DNA of 40,674 bases from a virus (taxonomy: Duplodnaviria > Caudoviricetes), in the IMG/VR virus record IMGVR_UViG_3300031746_000063, positions 1 through 40,674 of that record; one strand, 5' to 3'. The position numbers were made by a program, and so were the translations under genes. How positions within the stretch are numbered: position 1 is the first letter of the stretch; each line of letters starts with the position of its first letter. The notes under the pieces were generated by a model. It was not told the origin of the DNA. It did no database searches and was given only the letters and a program-made list of their open reading frames with translations. Of this stretch, positions 8,417-16,576 are shown piece by piece.

Positions 8417-8964
8417 AGCACATTATGTTGGACCTAGAAACACTCAGCTTGAAACCCACAGCGGCGATCGTTGCTATTGGAGCATGTTTCTTTGACCCGT
8501 TCGAGTCCTACGTGCACGAGGACGACACTTTCTATATCACTGTCGCCCCCGCCTCCTCTATAGCTGCGGGGAGTCATGTGGACGGGGACACTATCGCGTG
8601 GTGGATGAAGCAGGAGAATTCTGTCCGCATGAGCACGTTCCACTGTGCCCCTGTTCCTCTGGTGGATGCGCTTCAGGCGTTCGCCGGGTTTGCGTGGAGA
8701 TCCCAAGAGCCGGTAGCTATATGGGGTAACGGTGCTACTTTTGACAACGTGGTGCTCCGCTCCGCGTACGAAGCCTGCAAGCTGGATGCCCCGTGGGTAT
8801 ACAAGAATGACAAGTGTTACCGCACGCTGATCAACCTCATAAGAAAAGAAACGAGGCCGGAGTATGTAACTGTGGGCAATTACCACAATGCAAAGGATGA
8901 TGCGGTGAGTCAGGCGCTGCACTTACAGAAGATATACCGCGTATTGAACTTGACAGCCGCGTAG
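8413..8964 (+). CDS. DEDD-family 3'-5' exo(ribo)nuclease (exonuclease VIII/RNase T-like)
   Basis: HIMLDLETL, WGNGATFD, CYRT and HNAKDDA motifs. GGAGG RBS and ATGA overlap define the start at 8413. Confidence 0.88.
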   Translation: MKHIMLDLETLSLKPTAAIVAIGACFFDPFESYVHEDDTFYITVAPASSIAAGSHVDGDTIAWWMKQENSVRMSTFHCAPVPLVDALQAFAGFAWRSQEPVAIWGNGATFDNVVLRSAYEACKLDAPWVYKNDKCYRTLINLIRKETRPEYVTVGNYHNAKDDAVSQALHLQKIYRVLNLTAA

Positions 8965-8986
8965 CACAGGAGTATTATAGTAATAC
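8950..8986 (+). promoter_or_regulatory. Near-consensus sigma70 promoter with overlapping inverted repeat
   Basis: TTGACA (8950-8955), 17 bp, TATTAT (8973-8978). The inverted repeat GTATTA-TAG-TAATAC spans 8972-8986. Confidence 0.75.
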
Positions 8987-9018
8987 GTTCACAAGAACGC
9001 ACACCTAAAGGAACTTAC

Positions 9019-9186
9019 ATGGCAAAGCGATTGAAGAAAGACGAATCCCCGTTTGACCGTATCGCCAAGATTGAAACCAGCATCAAGGCGTGGCGCACCA
9101 AGTTGCTCCGGGCGTCTACCGCGCTGGCTCGACTGGAGAAAGAACGCACCTATTACGTCAAGGTTGCTGTCAAGAAAGGCGTGTAG
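9019..9186 (+). CDS. Small basic coiled-coil protein (55 aa)
   Basis: AAGGA RBS. MAKRLKKDESPFDRIAKIETSIKAWRTKLLRASTALARLEKERTYYVKVAVKKGV. First gene after the promoter at 8950. Confidence 0.7.
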   Translation: MAKRLKKDESPFDRIAKIETSIKAWRTKLLRASTALARLEKERTYYVKVAVKKGV

Positions 9187-9189
9187 TTC

Positions 9190-9882
9190 GTGCCCTTTTA
9201 TTTCCATGCAGAGTCCGACAGTTACTTCTATCAGGAACAGCCCCTGCAGATTGATAGTTTTGACGCCGGGCTCTGCGAGGAAGTAAACTACTTTGATATA
9301 CCATCTCATGCAAAGGAAAAGCTCATGGTAACTCTCCCAATCATCGACGCCGACGTTATTGAAACTCTCGCAACCCGCGAAGCCGTAGGCGATCCCTCAA
9401 CGACCCCCAACGAAACGGCAAGTGTCGTCTCTTCCCAACACGCGTATGTAGTGCCGAATGACAAGCTGGTAAAGGTATTCATTCGCATCCGTGACGCCAA
9501 GGCTGCACTGAAGAAGAAAATGGAAGCCGAAGTCGAGGCGCTGGATGCGCAGTTACGCTCTGTAGCTGCAGAACTGAAAGCCCGGTGCCTGACTCTTGGT
9601 GCTACCAGTTTCAAAACAGACGAGGGTACCGTGTATATTTCCGAAACCCTAAAGGTATCCTGCGGCGATTGGGGGATCTTCTACGACTGGATCAAGGAGA
9701 ACGATAAACTTGATATGCTTGAACAGCGTGTAAAAGCGGGGGAGATCAAAATATACATGGACAGTCATAAGGGAGAGCTGCCCCCAGGCATTTCCATCTT
9801 CCGTGAAACCGAAGCACGTATCCGCAAGCCCACTAAAAAGGGCGGCAGTAACACCGAAGCACCTGAACAAAACGAAGCATGA
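9190..9882 (+). CDS. Conserved phage coiled-coil protein of the replication module (alternative start 9325)
   Basis: Coiled coil followed by SFKTDEGT...DW..FY.WI...LEQRV...LPPG. An AAGGA RBS precedes ATG 9325. Confidence 0.75.
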   Translation: MPFYFHAESDSYFYQEQPLQIDSFDAGLCEEVNYFDIPSHAKEKLMVTLPIIDADVIETLATREAVGDPSTTPNETASVVSSQHAYVVPNDKLVKVFIRIRDAKAALKKKMEAEVEALDAQLRSVAAELKARCLTLGATSFKTDEGTVYISETLKVSCGDWGIFYDWIKENDKLDMLEQRVKAGEIKIYMDSHKGELPPGISIFRETEARIRKPTKKGGSNTEAPEQNEA

Positions 9883-9907
9883 TCAATCAACCTGAAGGAG
9901 TTACAAC

Positions 9908-10990
9908 ATGAGTAATGCAATGCAGTTGTTTGCTGAAGCCCCTGTACCCGCCCACGTTGCTGCCGCATTTGCGGATGCAGAGAATGTCATCCCCCGCGAA
10001 ACAACCCCTGCTCTTACCTTTCGAGGCAAGACCTGGCGCGTGCGCGTCGGTGGCGAAGAAACCGTATTGACCCGTCGCAACTCGGACGGCGAAGCAGAGC
10101 CCACGCCGGTCGTTAAGGTGGTTGTACTGAACGTCAATCAGAAACGCTCGCGGATCTTCTACGCTGGCGCGTATGTTGAAGGTACCAACGCATCCCCTGC
10201 CTGCTGGTCATCGGACGGCGAGCGCCCGGACAAAGATGTGAAAGAGCCGTGCGCCACTACCTGTGCTTCATGCCCAAATTCGGTTAAGGGCTCGAAGATC
10301 ACCCCGCAAGGCAAAGAAGTTACCGCTTGCGGCACCGTGAAGCGCCTCGTCGTCGTGCCCTCGGCCAAAATGGACATGACCCCGCTGCTGCTGAAAGTCC
10401 CCCAAACATCCATGTGGGACAAGAATAATGCGGAAGCTGAAGCCAAGGGCTACTACGCATGGGACCAGTACGTGGACTTCCTGCGGGCTCGTGGCGTCAA
10501 GCACACCGCCTCGGTTGTCACGAAGGTCAAGTTCGATTCCTCGGTGGCATACCCGAAGCTGCTGTTTACCGCCGAACGCTGGCTGGACGAAGTAGAAGCG
10601 CAAGCCGTGGTGCCGTTGGTCAATTCCGATGAAGTAGTCAAGCTGATGTCGGGCAAGATCAACGAGAGCACAACAGGCGAGCACCCCGCCCCGGCCCCTA
10701 CCGCCCCTACACCGCCTCCACAGGCGGCTGCCGCCTCGACCATAGCCCCACGCGCCGCTGTACCGGCTCCCGCCGCTCCTGCACCGGTAGATGACGACGA
10801 CGATGGCGGCTTTAATGCCACTCCTGCAACACCCACTACTCCTGGCACCAAACCGATCAAAACACCGAGGGGTGCTGCGGCCCCTGTTCCCCCTGCGCCG
10901 CCTGCGCCGCCTGCTCCTCCCAAGGTACCGGCGACAACGGGTGCCGGCAATCCTGATCTCGCCGCACTCGCGGCAGCTTGGGACGACTAA
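9908..10990 (+). CDS. Putative ssDNA-binding/annealing protein with Cys cluster, Pro/Ala linker and acidic tail
   Basis: AAGGAG RBS. PACWSSDG..P...CASCP...KGS...C, a low-complexity linker with DDDDD and a C-terminal WDD. Located before the primase. Confidence 0.65.
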   Translation: MSNAMQLFAEAPVPAHVAAAFADAENVIPRETTPALTFRGKTWRVRVGGEETVLTRRNSDGEAEPTPVVKVVVLNVNQKRSRIFYAGAYVEGTNASPACWSSDGERPDKDVKEPCATTCASCPNSVKGSKITPQGKEVTACGTVKRLVVVPSAKMDMTPLLLKVPQTSMWDKNNAEAEAKGYYAWDQYVDFLRARGVKHTASVVTKVKFDSSVAYPKLLFTAERWLDEVEAQAVVPLVNSDEVVKLMSGKINESTTGEHPAPAPTAPTPPPQAAAASTIAPRAAVPAPAAPAPVDDDDDGGFNATPATPTTPGTKPIKTPRGAAAPVPPAPPAPPAPPKVPATTGAGNPDLAALAAAWDD

Positions 10991-11009
10991 GACGCTTCGT
11001 GTACTAGGG

Positions 11010-11040
11010 CACTCCCCCGCATGCGTGGGGGAGTGTTTTT
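11010..11040 (+). terminator. Rho-independent terminator
   Basis: CACTCCCCC/GGGGGAGTG stem followed by TTTTT. Confidence 0.8.
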
Positions 11041-11079
11041 CGTGTCTCCGTACTGCACCTACTCTACGAGCGCCGAATC

Positions 11080-13887
11080 ATGGTGTCTAAAGAATTCTTG
11101 TCCTGCGTTTTACCGGACGGCCTGATCGTCATTGCCAAGCCCAAAGGTCGCGGGTTTCAACATTATGTATGTGAAAACGTCGAACAAGCTGCGCTGCAAG
11201 CGGGCGTCATCGACAGAGAAGGGGGTGAGTGTTACTTCGCCCTGGGTTCACTAAAGTCTCCGCAGCTATGGAACGAGAAGAAAGAAAAATGGGAAGTACG
11301 AGTTGGCGCAAACATTGCTGCTCTAAAGAGCTTGTTTGCTGATGTTGATATCGACCCCGATAACTCGAACAAATATGCATCCCGCGAGGAGGCGATCAGG
11401 GCGATCAAACAATTCTGTAACAGTACTCAGTTCCCCGAACCAATGATAGTGTCCTCGGGCGGCGGATTACATCTGTACTGGCCCCTGACTAAAGCAATCG
11501 AAGCTACAGCGTGGCGTCCGGTAGCTGGCCGGTTTAAGGAGGGGCTACTGGCTTACGGATTGAAGATCGACCCAACGCGTTCAGCAGATGCTTCGTCGGT
11601 GCTGCGTGTGGTAGGCACCCACAACTACAAGCACGGACTGATCAGGGATGTCTGTCTGGTACGCGATGTGGCCCCGTACAGCCCCAAGGACATGCTTGTG
11701 GCGGTGTCGGCATTGGCGGCGACAACGGGGAACCTGGCACCGCCTATAACAGCCGTGGCGCTGCTCCCGGATAACACGACGCGAGTCTACCCTGATCAAG
11801 ATCCGCCCGCCTTCAAGCCAATCCTGATGGGGTGCGCACAGATCCAGCACTTAGCACAGACAGGGGGAGCATCCGAACCCATCTGGTATGCAGGGTTGCA
11901 AGTAATCAGGCATTGTGAAGAGTCCCTGAAGGCTGCGACATTCATCTCAAAGAACTATCCGGGGTTCTCTCCTGCAGAGATGTACAAGAAGCTGAATCAG
12001 TTAGACGCCAACGGCATCGGTCCGGCGACATGCAAACAATTTCAGGTATCGAACCCGAGCGCCTGTGCAGGATGTTCCCATTGGGGCAAGATCACATCCC
12101 CCATTCAGCTTGGGCGACAAGTTAAGGAAGCAGCCCCGCCAGTAGTGCAGCTTGTGACGGAACAGGGCACGGTCGAAGAAATAAAGATCCCGAACCCCCC
12201 GTGGCCGTATGCTCGTCGCGCAACTGGAGGCATAGTAGTGCGGCTCCCTGATATGGATGGCACGCCTGTAGCACCGATGATTATCCACGACCACGACATG
12301 TACCCGGTCAAGCGGATGTACAGTGAACGACACGAAACAGAAGCCACTATTTGGCGGGTAAAGCAGCCCCTGATCGGGTGGATCGAAATCACTGTTGATC
12401 AAAAGGTTTTAGCAGAACCAGCAGCCCTGCACGGTACGCTGTTATCGAAGGGTGTGTACGTACCTCCACAACGTGTTAAGACAATGGTGGCCTTCATGGT
12501 TGCATACATATCAGAACTACAAAAACAAGCAGTCGTTGAAAAAGCGTACTCCCGTCTAGGCTGGCGGGATGATGGCACCACTTTTGTTATGTCGGAAATC
12601 GCCTATCACGCAGACGGAGTTACGACCCCGCATCGGGCCTCTGACGAATTACAACACGAGATGCCCGGACTGAAACTCGCTGGCACGCTAGAAGGATGGA
12701 AAGCGGCGATACAGTTTTACAACAATACCGGCTACGAAGCACATCGGTTCTGTTTCTACACGGCGTTCGGAGCGCCTCTCATGCATATGTCCGGTTATCA
12801 CGGGGGCATCATCAATGCTTCAGGACATCCGGGTAACGGAAAGTCCACCACGATGCTCGCTGTCACTTCCGTATGGGGGCACCCAGGTAACTTGATGATC
12901 AATGGCACCAAGGGGGGCACCACACCGAACGCGCTGCAGACTCTGCTGGGCATATACAACAACATCCCATTCTGTCTGGACGAGATCACACGTATGGACC
13001 CCCGCATACTCGGAGAGCTGTGCCTGTCCGTCAATCAAGGGCAGGGCAAGCTGCGTAGCACACGTGCTGGTACTTTGGTCAAGGCGCGGGATACGTGGAG
13101 CACGATCATGCTTACTTCCTCCAACTCGGATGTGTATACCTCCTTGGCAAGTGACCGACGGGACGCTGCGGCTGAGGCGATGCGGGCCTTTCAGGTTCGG
13201 CTACGCATTCCCAACATCCACACCAAGGCCGAGGCAGATCAGTTTGTCAAGGTAGAGCTTGCCAATAACTATGGGCACGCGAGCCACGTATTCATTGCCT
13301 ATGTAGTTGCTAACTACGTGGCAGTCAAGAAGCTGGTGCAGGAGGTTATTCAGTTTGTAGATGTACAAGGCGGAGTGACTCCAGCAGAACGGTTCTGGTC
13401 CGCGCTCATTGCTGTGAATATCGCTGGGGCCATTATTGCTCGCAAGCTGGGACTGATAGACGGATTTCCCATCGAGAAGGACTGCAAGTGGGCTACAGAG
13501 CAAATTACGGCGATACGCAAGACGATGAAGGAACATCTGTCCAGCCCACGCGAGATTCTGTCTGAGTTTCTCGATAGCCGCGTGAACGAAACATTGAGCC
13601 TGTCGCAGATCAATAACAGTAACATCTCCCCGCGCATTGATAACGTGCCCCGAGGGGGGCTCACCATCAGGCACGAACTGGATAACGGAGTGGCATGGGT
13701 AATGAAAACGGCGTTCCGTAGTTACTGTAATGAGCACGGCGCCCACTTCTCCGACATTCAGGACACCCTTGAACGAGAAGGTATCCTGGTAGACCGCAAC
13801 GCACAGAAAGTATTAGGGGCAGGTACGGATTTTGCCAAGGGGCAGGTTCGCTGCTGGGTAATCAATATGAAAGAGCTAAGCAAGTGA
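11080..13887 (+). CDS. Primase-helicase (RepB/AEP-like primase, DUF927-like, SF3-type P-loop helicase)
   Basis: DVD, SSGGGLHLYW, VLRVVGT, Cys cluster (TC...CAGC.H), LGW, Walker A GHPGNGKST, Walker B CLDE, GQGKLR. Confidence 0.9.
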   Translation: MVSKEFLSCVLPDGLIVIAKPKGRGFQHYVCENVEQAALQAGVIDREGGECYFALGSLKSPQLWNEKKEKWEVRVGANIAALKSLFADVDIDPDNSNKYASREEAIRAIKQFCNSTQFPEPMIVSSGGGLHLYWPLTKAIEATAWRPVAGRFKEGLLAYGLKIDPTRSADASSVLRVVGTHNYKHGLIRDVCLVRDVAPYSPKDMLVAVSALAATTGNLAPPITAVALLPDNTTRVYPDQDPPAFKPILMGCAQIQHLAQTGGASEPIWYAGLQVIRHCEESLKAATFISKNYPGFSPAEMYKKLNQLDANGIGPATCKQFQVSNPSACAGCSHWGKITSPIQLGRQVKEAAPPVVQLVTEQGTVEEIKIPNPPWPYARRATGGIVVRLPDMDGTPVAPMIIHDHDMYPVKRMYSERHETEATIWRVKQPLIGWIEITVDQKVLAEPAALHGTLLSKGVYVPPQRVKTMVAFMVAYISELQKQAVVEKAYSRLGWRDDGTTFVMSEIAYHADGVTTPHRASDELQHEMPGLKLAGTLEGWKAAIQFYNNTGYEAHRFCFYTAFGAPLMHMSGYHGGIINASGHPGNGKSTTMLAVTSVWGHPGNLMINGTKGGTTPNALQTLLGIYNNIPFCLDEITRMDPRILGELCLSVNQGQGKLRSTRAGTLVKARDTWSTIMLTSSNSDVYTSLASDRRDAAAEAMRAFQVRLRIPNIHTKAEADQFVKVELANNYGHASHVFIAYVVANYVAVKKLVQEVIQFVDVQGGVTPAERFWSALIAVNIAGAIIARKLGLIDGFPIEKDCKWATEQITAIRKTMKEHLSSPREILSEFLDSRVNETLSLSQINNSNISPRIDNVPRGGLTIRHELDNGVAWVMKTAFRSYCNEHGAHFSDIQDTLEREGILVDRNAQKVLGAGTDFAKGQVRCWVINMKELSK

Positions 13888-14168
13888 CGATCGACAATAA
13901 CATGCACCAACCAAGGGGCGCGACAATGAGCAGAATTTGCACGGGTATCGTAGTAGCATTGGTTCTTGCAATTACTTTCGGAGTATTCATGATTTACGTC
14001 GGCTGGCCTGCAGTGATTACGGCGGCTCTGTTGGAATCTGATGCTCGCCGGAATATGGCTCAAGTCCCCTGCGCGAAGTCATTGATGTTGGGTATCAGTG
14101 CAGCGGACAGGAGCTGTTTAACCTGGCAGCAACGCGGGGATCTCGTGTGGGTATGTACGAAAAGATAA
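13884..14168 (+). CDS. Hypothetical membrane protein
   Basis: GTGA overlap. One hydrophobic segment (GIVVALVLAITFGVFMIYVGW). Confidence 0.6.
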   Translation: MTIDNNMHQPRGATMSRICTGIVVALVLAITFGVFMIYVGWPAVITAALLESDARRNMAQVPCAKSLMLGISAADRSCLTWQQRGDLVWVCTKR

Positions 14169-14182
14169 TGCAGGAGAATGCG

Positions 14183-14248
14183 ATGAAAGCACAACAGACC
14201 AATACGCTTTATGCCGCACCACAGGCCATGAAGGAGCAGACACCATGA
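14183..14248 (+). CDS. 21-aa mini-ORF consisting largely of the junction module
   Basis: AGGAG RBS at 14172. MKAQQTNTLYAAPQAMKEQTP, with an ATGA overlap with the next gene. Confidence 0.45.
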   Translation: MKAQQTNTLYAAPQAMKEQTP

Positions 14249-14454
14249 ATCTATCTAAAAGATTGCGACCCGATGTTGAGTGCGCTCCTTGGGTGATTGA
14301 GGGGGTGAAGGAACTAGAGGCAGAGATTGCCGCGCTCAAGGCGCAACTTGTCGGCTATACCGAGCTTGCGAAGGACACCATCGCCGCCCTTGAAGTCGCT
14401 GATGCAAAGATTGCAGACCTTGATTCCGCTGCAGAATCGTTATGGAAGAAGTAG
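14245..14454 (+). CDS. Accessory coiled-coil protein (possibly frameshifted near its 3' end)
   Basis: Contains the EIAALKAQ and IAALE boxes. An AAPQATG tail follows in the -1 frame (14442-14507). Confidence 0.65.
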   Translation: MNLSKRLRPDVECAPWVIEGVKELEAEIAALKAQLVGYTELAKDTIAALEVADAKIADLDSAAESLWKK

Positions 14455-14503
14455 AGATTGCATTGCAAGAATTGGCCGCACCACAGGCTACAGGAAAGAA
14501 GAA

Positions 14504-14647
14504 ATGAACAAGAGAAAATTCCAACCGATTGTAACTGGTCCACCGCGCAAACTTAAAGCCCCCGAAGATCGGAAACGGTTCAACGCATATGACCATACGA
14601 TTGTCGATCTGTGGAAAAAGATGGTACGCGACGGGTTCTTCAAATGA
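14504..14647 (+). CDS. Small basic accessory protein (47 aa)
   Basis: AGGA RBS inside box C. MNKRKFQPIVTGPPRK...DGFFK. Confidence 0.6.
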   Translation: MNKRKFQPIVTGPPRKLKAPEDRKRFNAYDHTIVDLWKKMVRDGFFK

Positions 14648-14675
14648 ACGCACCACACGCACTAGGAATGATGCC

Positions 14676-14999
14676 ATGAAACTAATTGCAGCCGACATCG
14701 GCGGCATCCACGGTGACGCCAGTAAGATCGCCAAGAACGAGTTTGCAATCAGATGGGCAAACAATTGCATGAACATTGTTTTTCACTGCCCGAGCCAAAG
14801 CCTCATGCGTGCAAGACTTTGCATGATCCCTATAAATCATGGCGCACAGATAGAGCAGGATATACCGGGGGTTCCAGAAAGCAAGCGGCTGTATTGGGGA
14901 TGGGATGGCAACGAAAAAGAGCCGACCCTAACGCCAAGCATTTCGTGCATAAACAGGTGTGGCTGGCACGGACATATAACAAAGGGGGAATTGCTATGA
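14676..14999 (+). CDS. DUF6527-like metal-binding protein
   Basis: FHCP...C...WGWDGNEKEPTLTPSISC...CGWHGHITKG pattern. Confidence 0.7.
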   Translation: MKLIAADIGGIHGDASKIAKNEFAIRWANNCMNIVFHCPSQSLMRARLCMIPINHGAQIEQDIPGVPESKRLYWGWDGNEKEPTLTPSISCINRCGWHGHITKGELL

Positions 15000-15460
15000 C
15001 AACACACATAAAAATAGGCGACACCGTTGTAGTTGATTTCAACGGAGCGCAGATCACCTTATGCTACGAGGCCATCGTTTTATCCGTTCCGCTGGGCGTA
15101 GGCGACCCGTGGGTGTTTCAAGATAAGCAGACCGGATTCCTGCATTACGTCAGTGAGGGGTGCACCGTTAGCAAAAGGGCCGCACCACAGGCCACAGGCC
15201 ACAGGAGAGAAGGAGCAGACACCATGAGCATCTATTACATGATTGAGAAAAGCGTTGATGGCAGAGCGCATTGGTGGACACCATACCGCTCTGGAGTTGC
15301 CCATTGGAATGATCCGTCCAGATGGACAACAGACTCCAGTAAGGCGCGGCACTATGAAAGCAGCTATGAAGCGGGGTATGTGATGGGACGCCAGATGCCG
15401 GAGTGTTTTGTGACAGAGCATATTGATGTCGAACCACAGGCCACAGGAGATAAACCATGA
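14996..15460 (+). CDS. In-frame fusion of two accessory genes (internal RBS and ATG at 15224)
   Basis: ATGA overlap at 14996. Reads through a three-heptamer junction (AAPQATGHRREGADT-M) into a second unit with its own AAGGAG RBS, ending in PQATGDKP. Confidence 0.7.
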   Translation: MTTHIKIGDTVVVDFNGAQITLCYEAIVLSVPLGVGDPWVFQDKQTGFLHYVSEGCTVSKRAAPQATGHRREGADTMSIYYMIEKSVDGRAHWWTPYRSGVAHWNDPSRWTTDSSKARHYESSYEAGYVMGRQMPECFVTEHIDVEPQATGDKP

Positions 15461-15822
15461 GCGATGAAAACTTGATTGAGCGCGTGAAGTGGCTATTCCG
15501 CGTGGGCGTCCCCTTGGGGGCGAACCTGTATACCGACCTGATCGCCGCCCTTGAAGCAGCTAACCGTCCGGTACGGGCGTTGACAGATCAGGAGATTGAT
15601 GCGGTTTTCAAGGCGCAATGGGGAACCCGTCAGGGATTAGCGAGAAATATGATCGCCGCCCACATCGCCAAGCAATCGGAACCGGAAGTGCGGAAGGTGA
15701 AGATTCGCGTTTGGGTAAACACACAATCGCAAAGCATACGCGCCACGGACGATGTAACCAACTGTCTCTATCCGTATCCGTACCAACTGTTAGAGGAATT
15801 TGAGCACGAGGTAAAGGTATGA
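15457..15822 (+). CDS. Accessory protein with IAALEAA box and LTDQEI motif
   Basis: AGGAG RBS from box C, and ATGA overlaps at both ends. Confidence 0.7.
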   Translation: MSDENLIERVKWLFRVGVPLGANLYTDLIAALEAANRPVRALTDQEIDAVFKAQWGTRQGLARNMIAAHIAKQSEPEVRKVKIRVWVNTQSQSIRATDDVTNCLYPYPYQLLEEFEHEVKV

Positions 15823-16307
15823 ATAAAGAACTAATTGACCGGCTGTATCACCTATCAAACACGCTGCTACGCCGGGATCAAAACCTCGCAACAGCAACGA
15901 TTACCGAAGCCATCGCCGCCCTTGAAGCGGCTGACAAAGAGATTGCGCTTACCGAGCAGCACTTAGCCGACGCTATGAGCGTAATCAATAAACAAGGTCA
16001 TGAGATTGCCACGCTGAAGGCACAGCCACAAGAAGATGAACACGCTTTCACGGCGGCTTATTTTTTAGGCAAGGCTGACAAACTGGAGTTGCTTGGGTAC
16101 ATTGGGTACATTCAGCCGGAGGCGCTAGAAGCACTCAACCGGGTAGGAGAGGCCCATGCGCTGATTGATAAAGTCGCCAGCGGTCACGATGGAATTGCGG
16201 TTTACGCTGCACCACAGGCCACAGCCCCTTGGATACCGGATGCTGATGCGCCGCCGATAAAGCCGCTGATCGTGGCAGCACCACAGGCCACAGGAGAGAA
16301 GTCATGA
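15819..16307 (+). CDS. Accessory modular protein (boxes A, B, C, C)
   Basis: IAALEAA, EIATLKAQ, VYAAPQAT and AAPQATGEKS. Confidence 0.75.
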   Translation: MNKELIDRLYHLSNTLLRRDQNLATATITEAIAALEAADKEIALTEQHLADAMSVINKQGHEIATLKAQPQEDEHAFTAAYFLGKADKLELLGYIGYIQPEALEALNRVGEAHALIDKVASGHDGIAVYAAPQATAPWIPDADAPPIKPLIVAAPQATGEKS

Positions 16308-16576
16308 GCCTTTGTGTGGTTGATGGACTCCATTGCCGGTGCCAACCGCCAGAAGTTCCTTGTGATGGTGTGGTAAAACTTAACGCTGAAATCGAGCGCA
16401 TGAAGGGAGAGATTGCCGCCAAGGATGCCACGATATCCGCAGCCGTACGCGGTGAGTCAATTGCTTGTGATGCGTTACGCCAGCGCATAGCAGAGAAGGA
16501 TGCGGAGATTGCCACGCTCAAGGCGCAACTACAAACGCACATGATCGCACCACAGGCCGCAGGAGATAAGAAATGA
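16304..16576 (+). CDS. Accessory modular protein with Cys-rich N-terminus (boxes B, C)
   Basis: C...CRC...C, a coiled coil, EIATLKAQ and APQAAGDKK. Confidence 0.7.
   Translation: MSLCVVDGLHCRCQPPEVPCDGVVKLNAEIERMKGEIAAKDATISAAVRGESIACDALRQRIAEKDAEIATLKAQLQTHMIAPQAAGDKK

Noticed and set aside
10453-10950. Gly/Ala-rich - strand ORFs such as 10453..10950 and + strand 29651..30385
   Set aside because: Antisense shadows of Pro/Ala-rich coding regions on the opposite strand.
14753-14995. N-terminal extension of the 235-aa ORF-track call 14753..15460
   Set aside because: It overlaps the DUF6527-like gene in another frame. The ATGA-coupled start at 14996 with a GGGGG RBS is more plausible.
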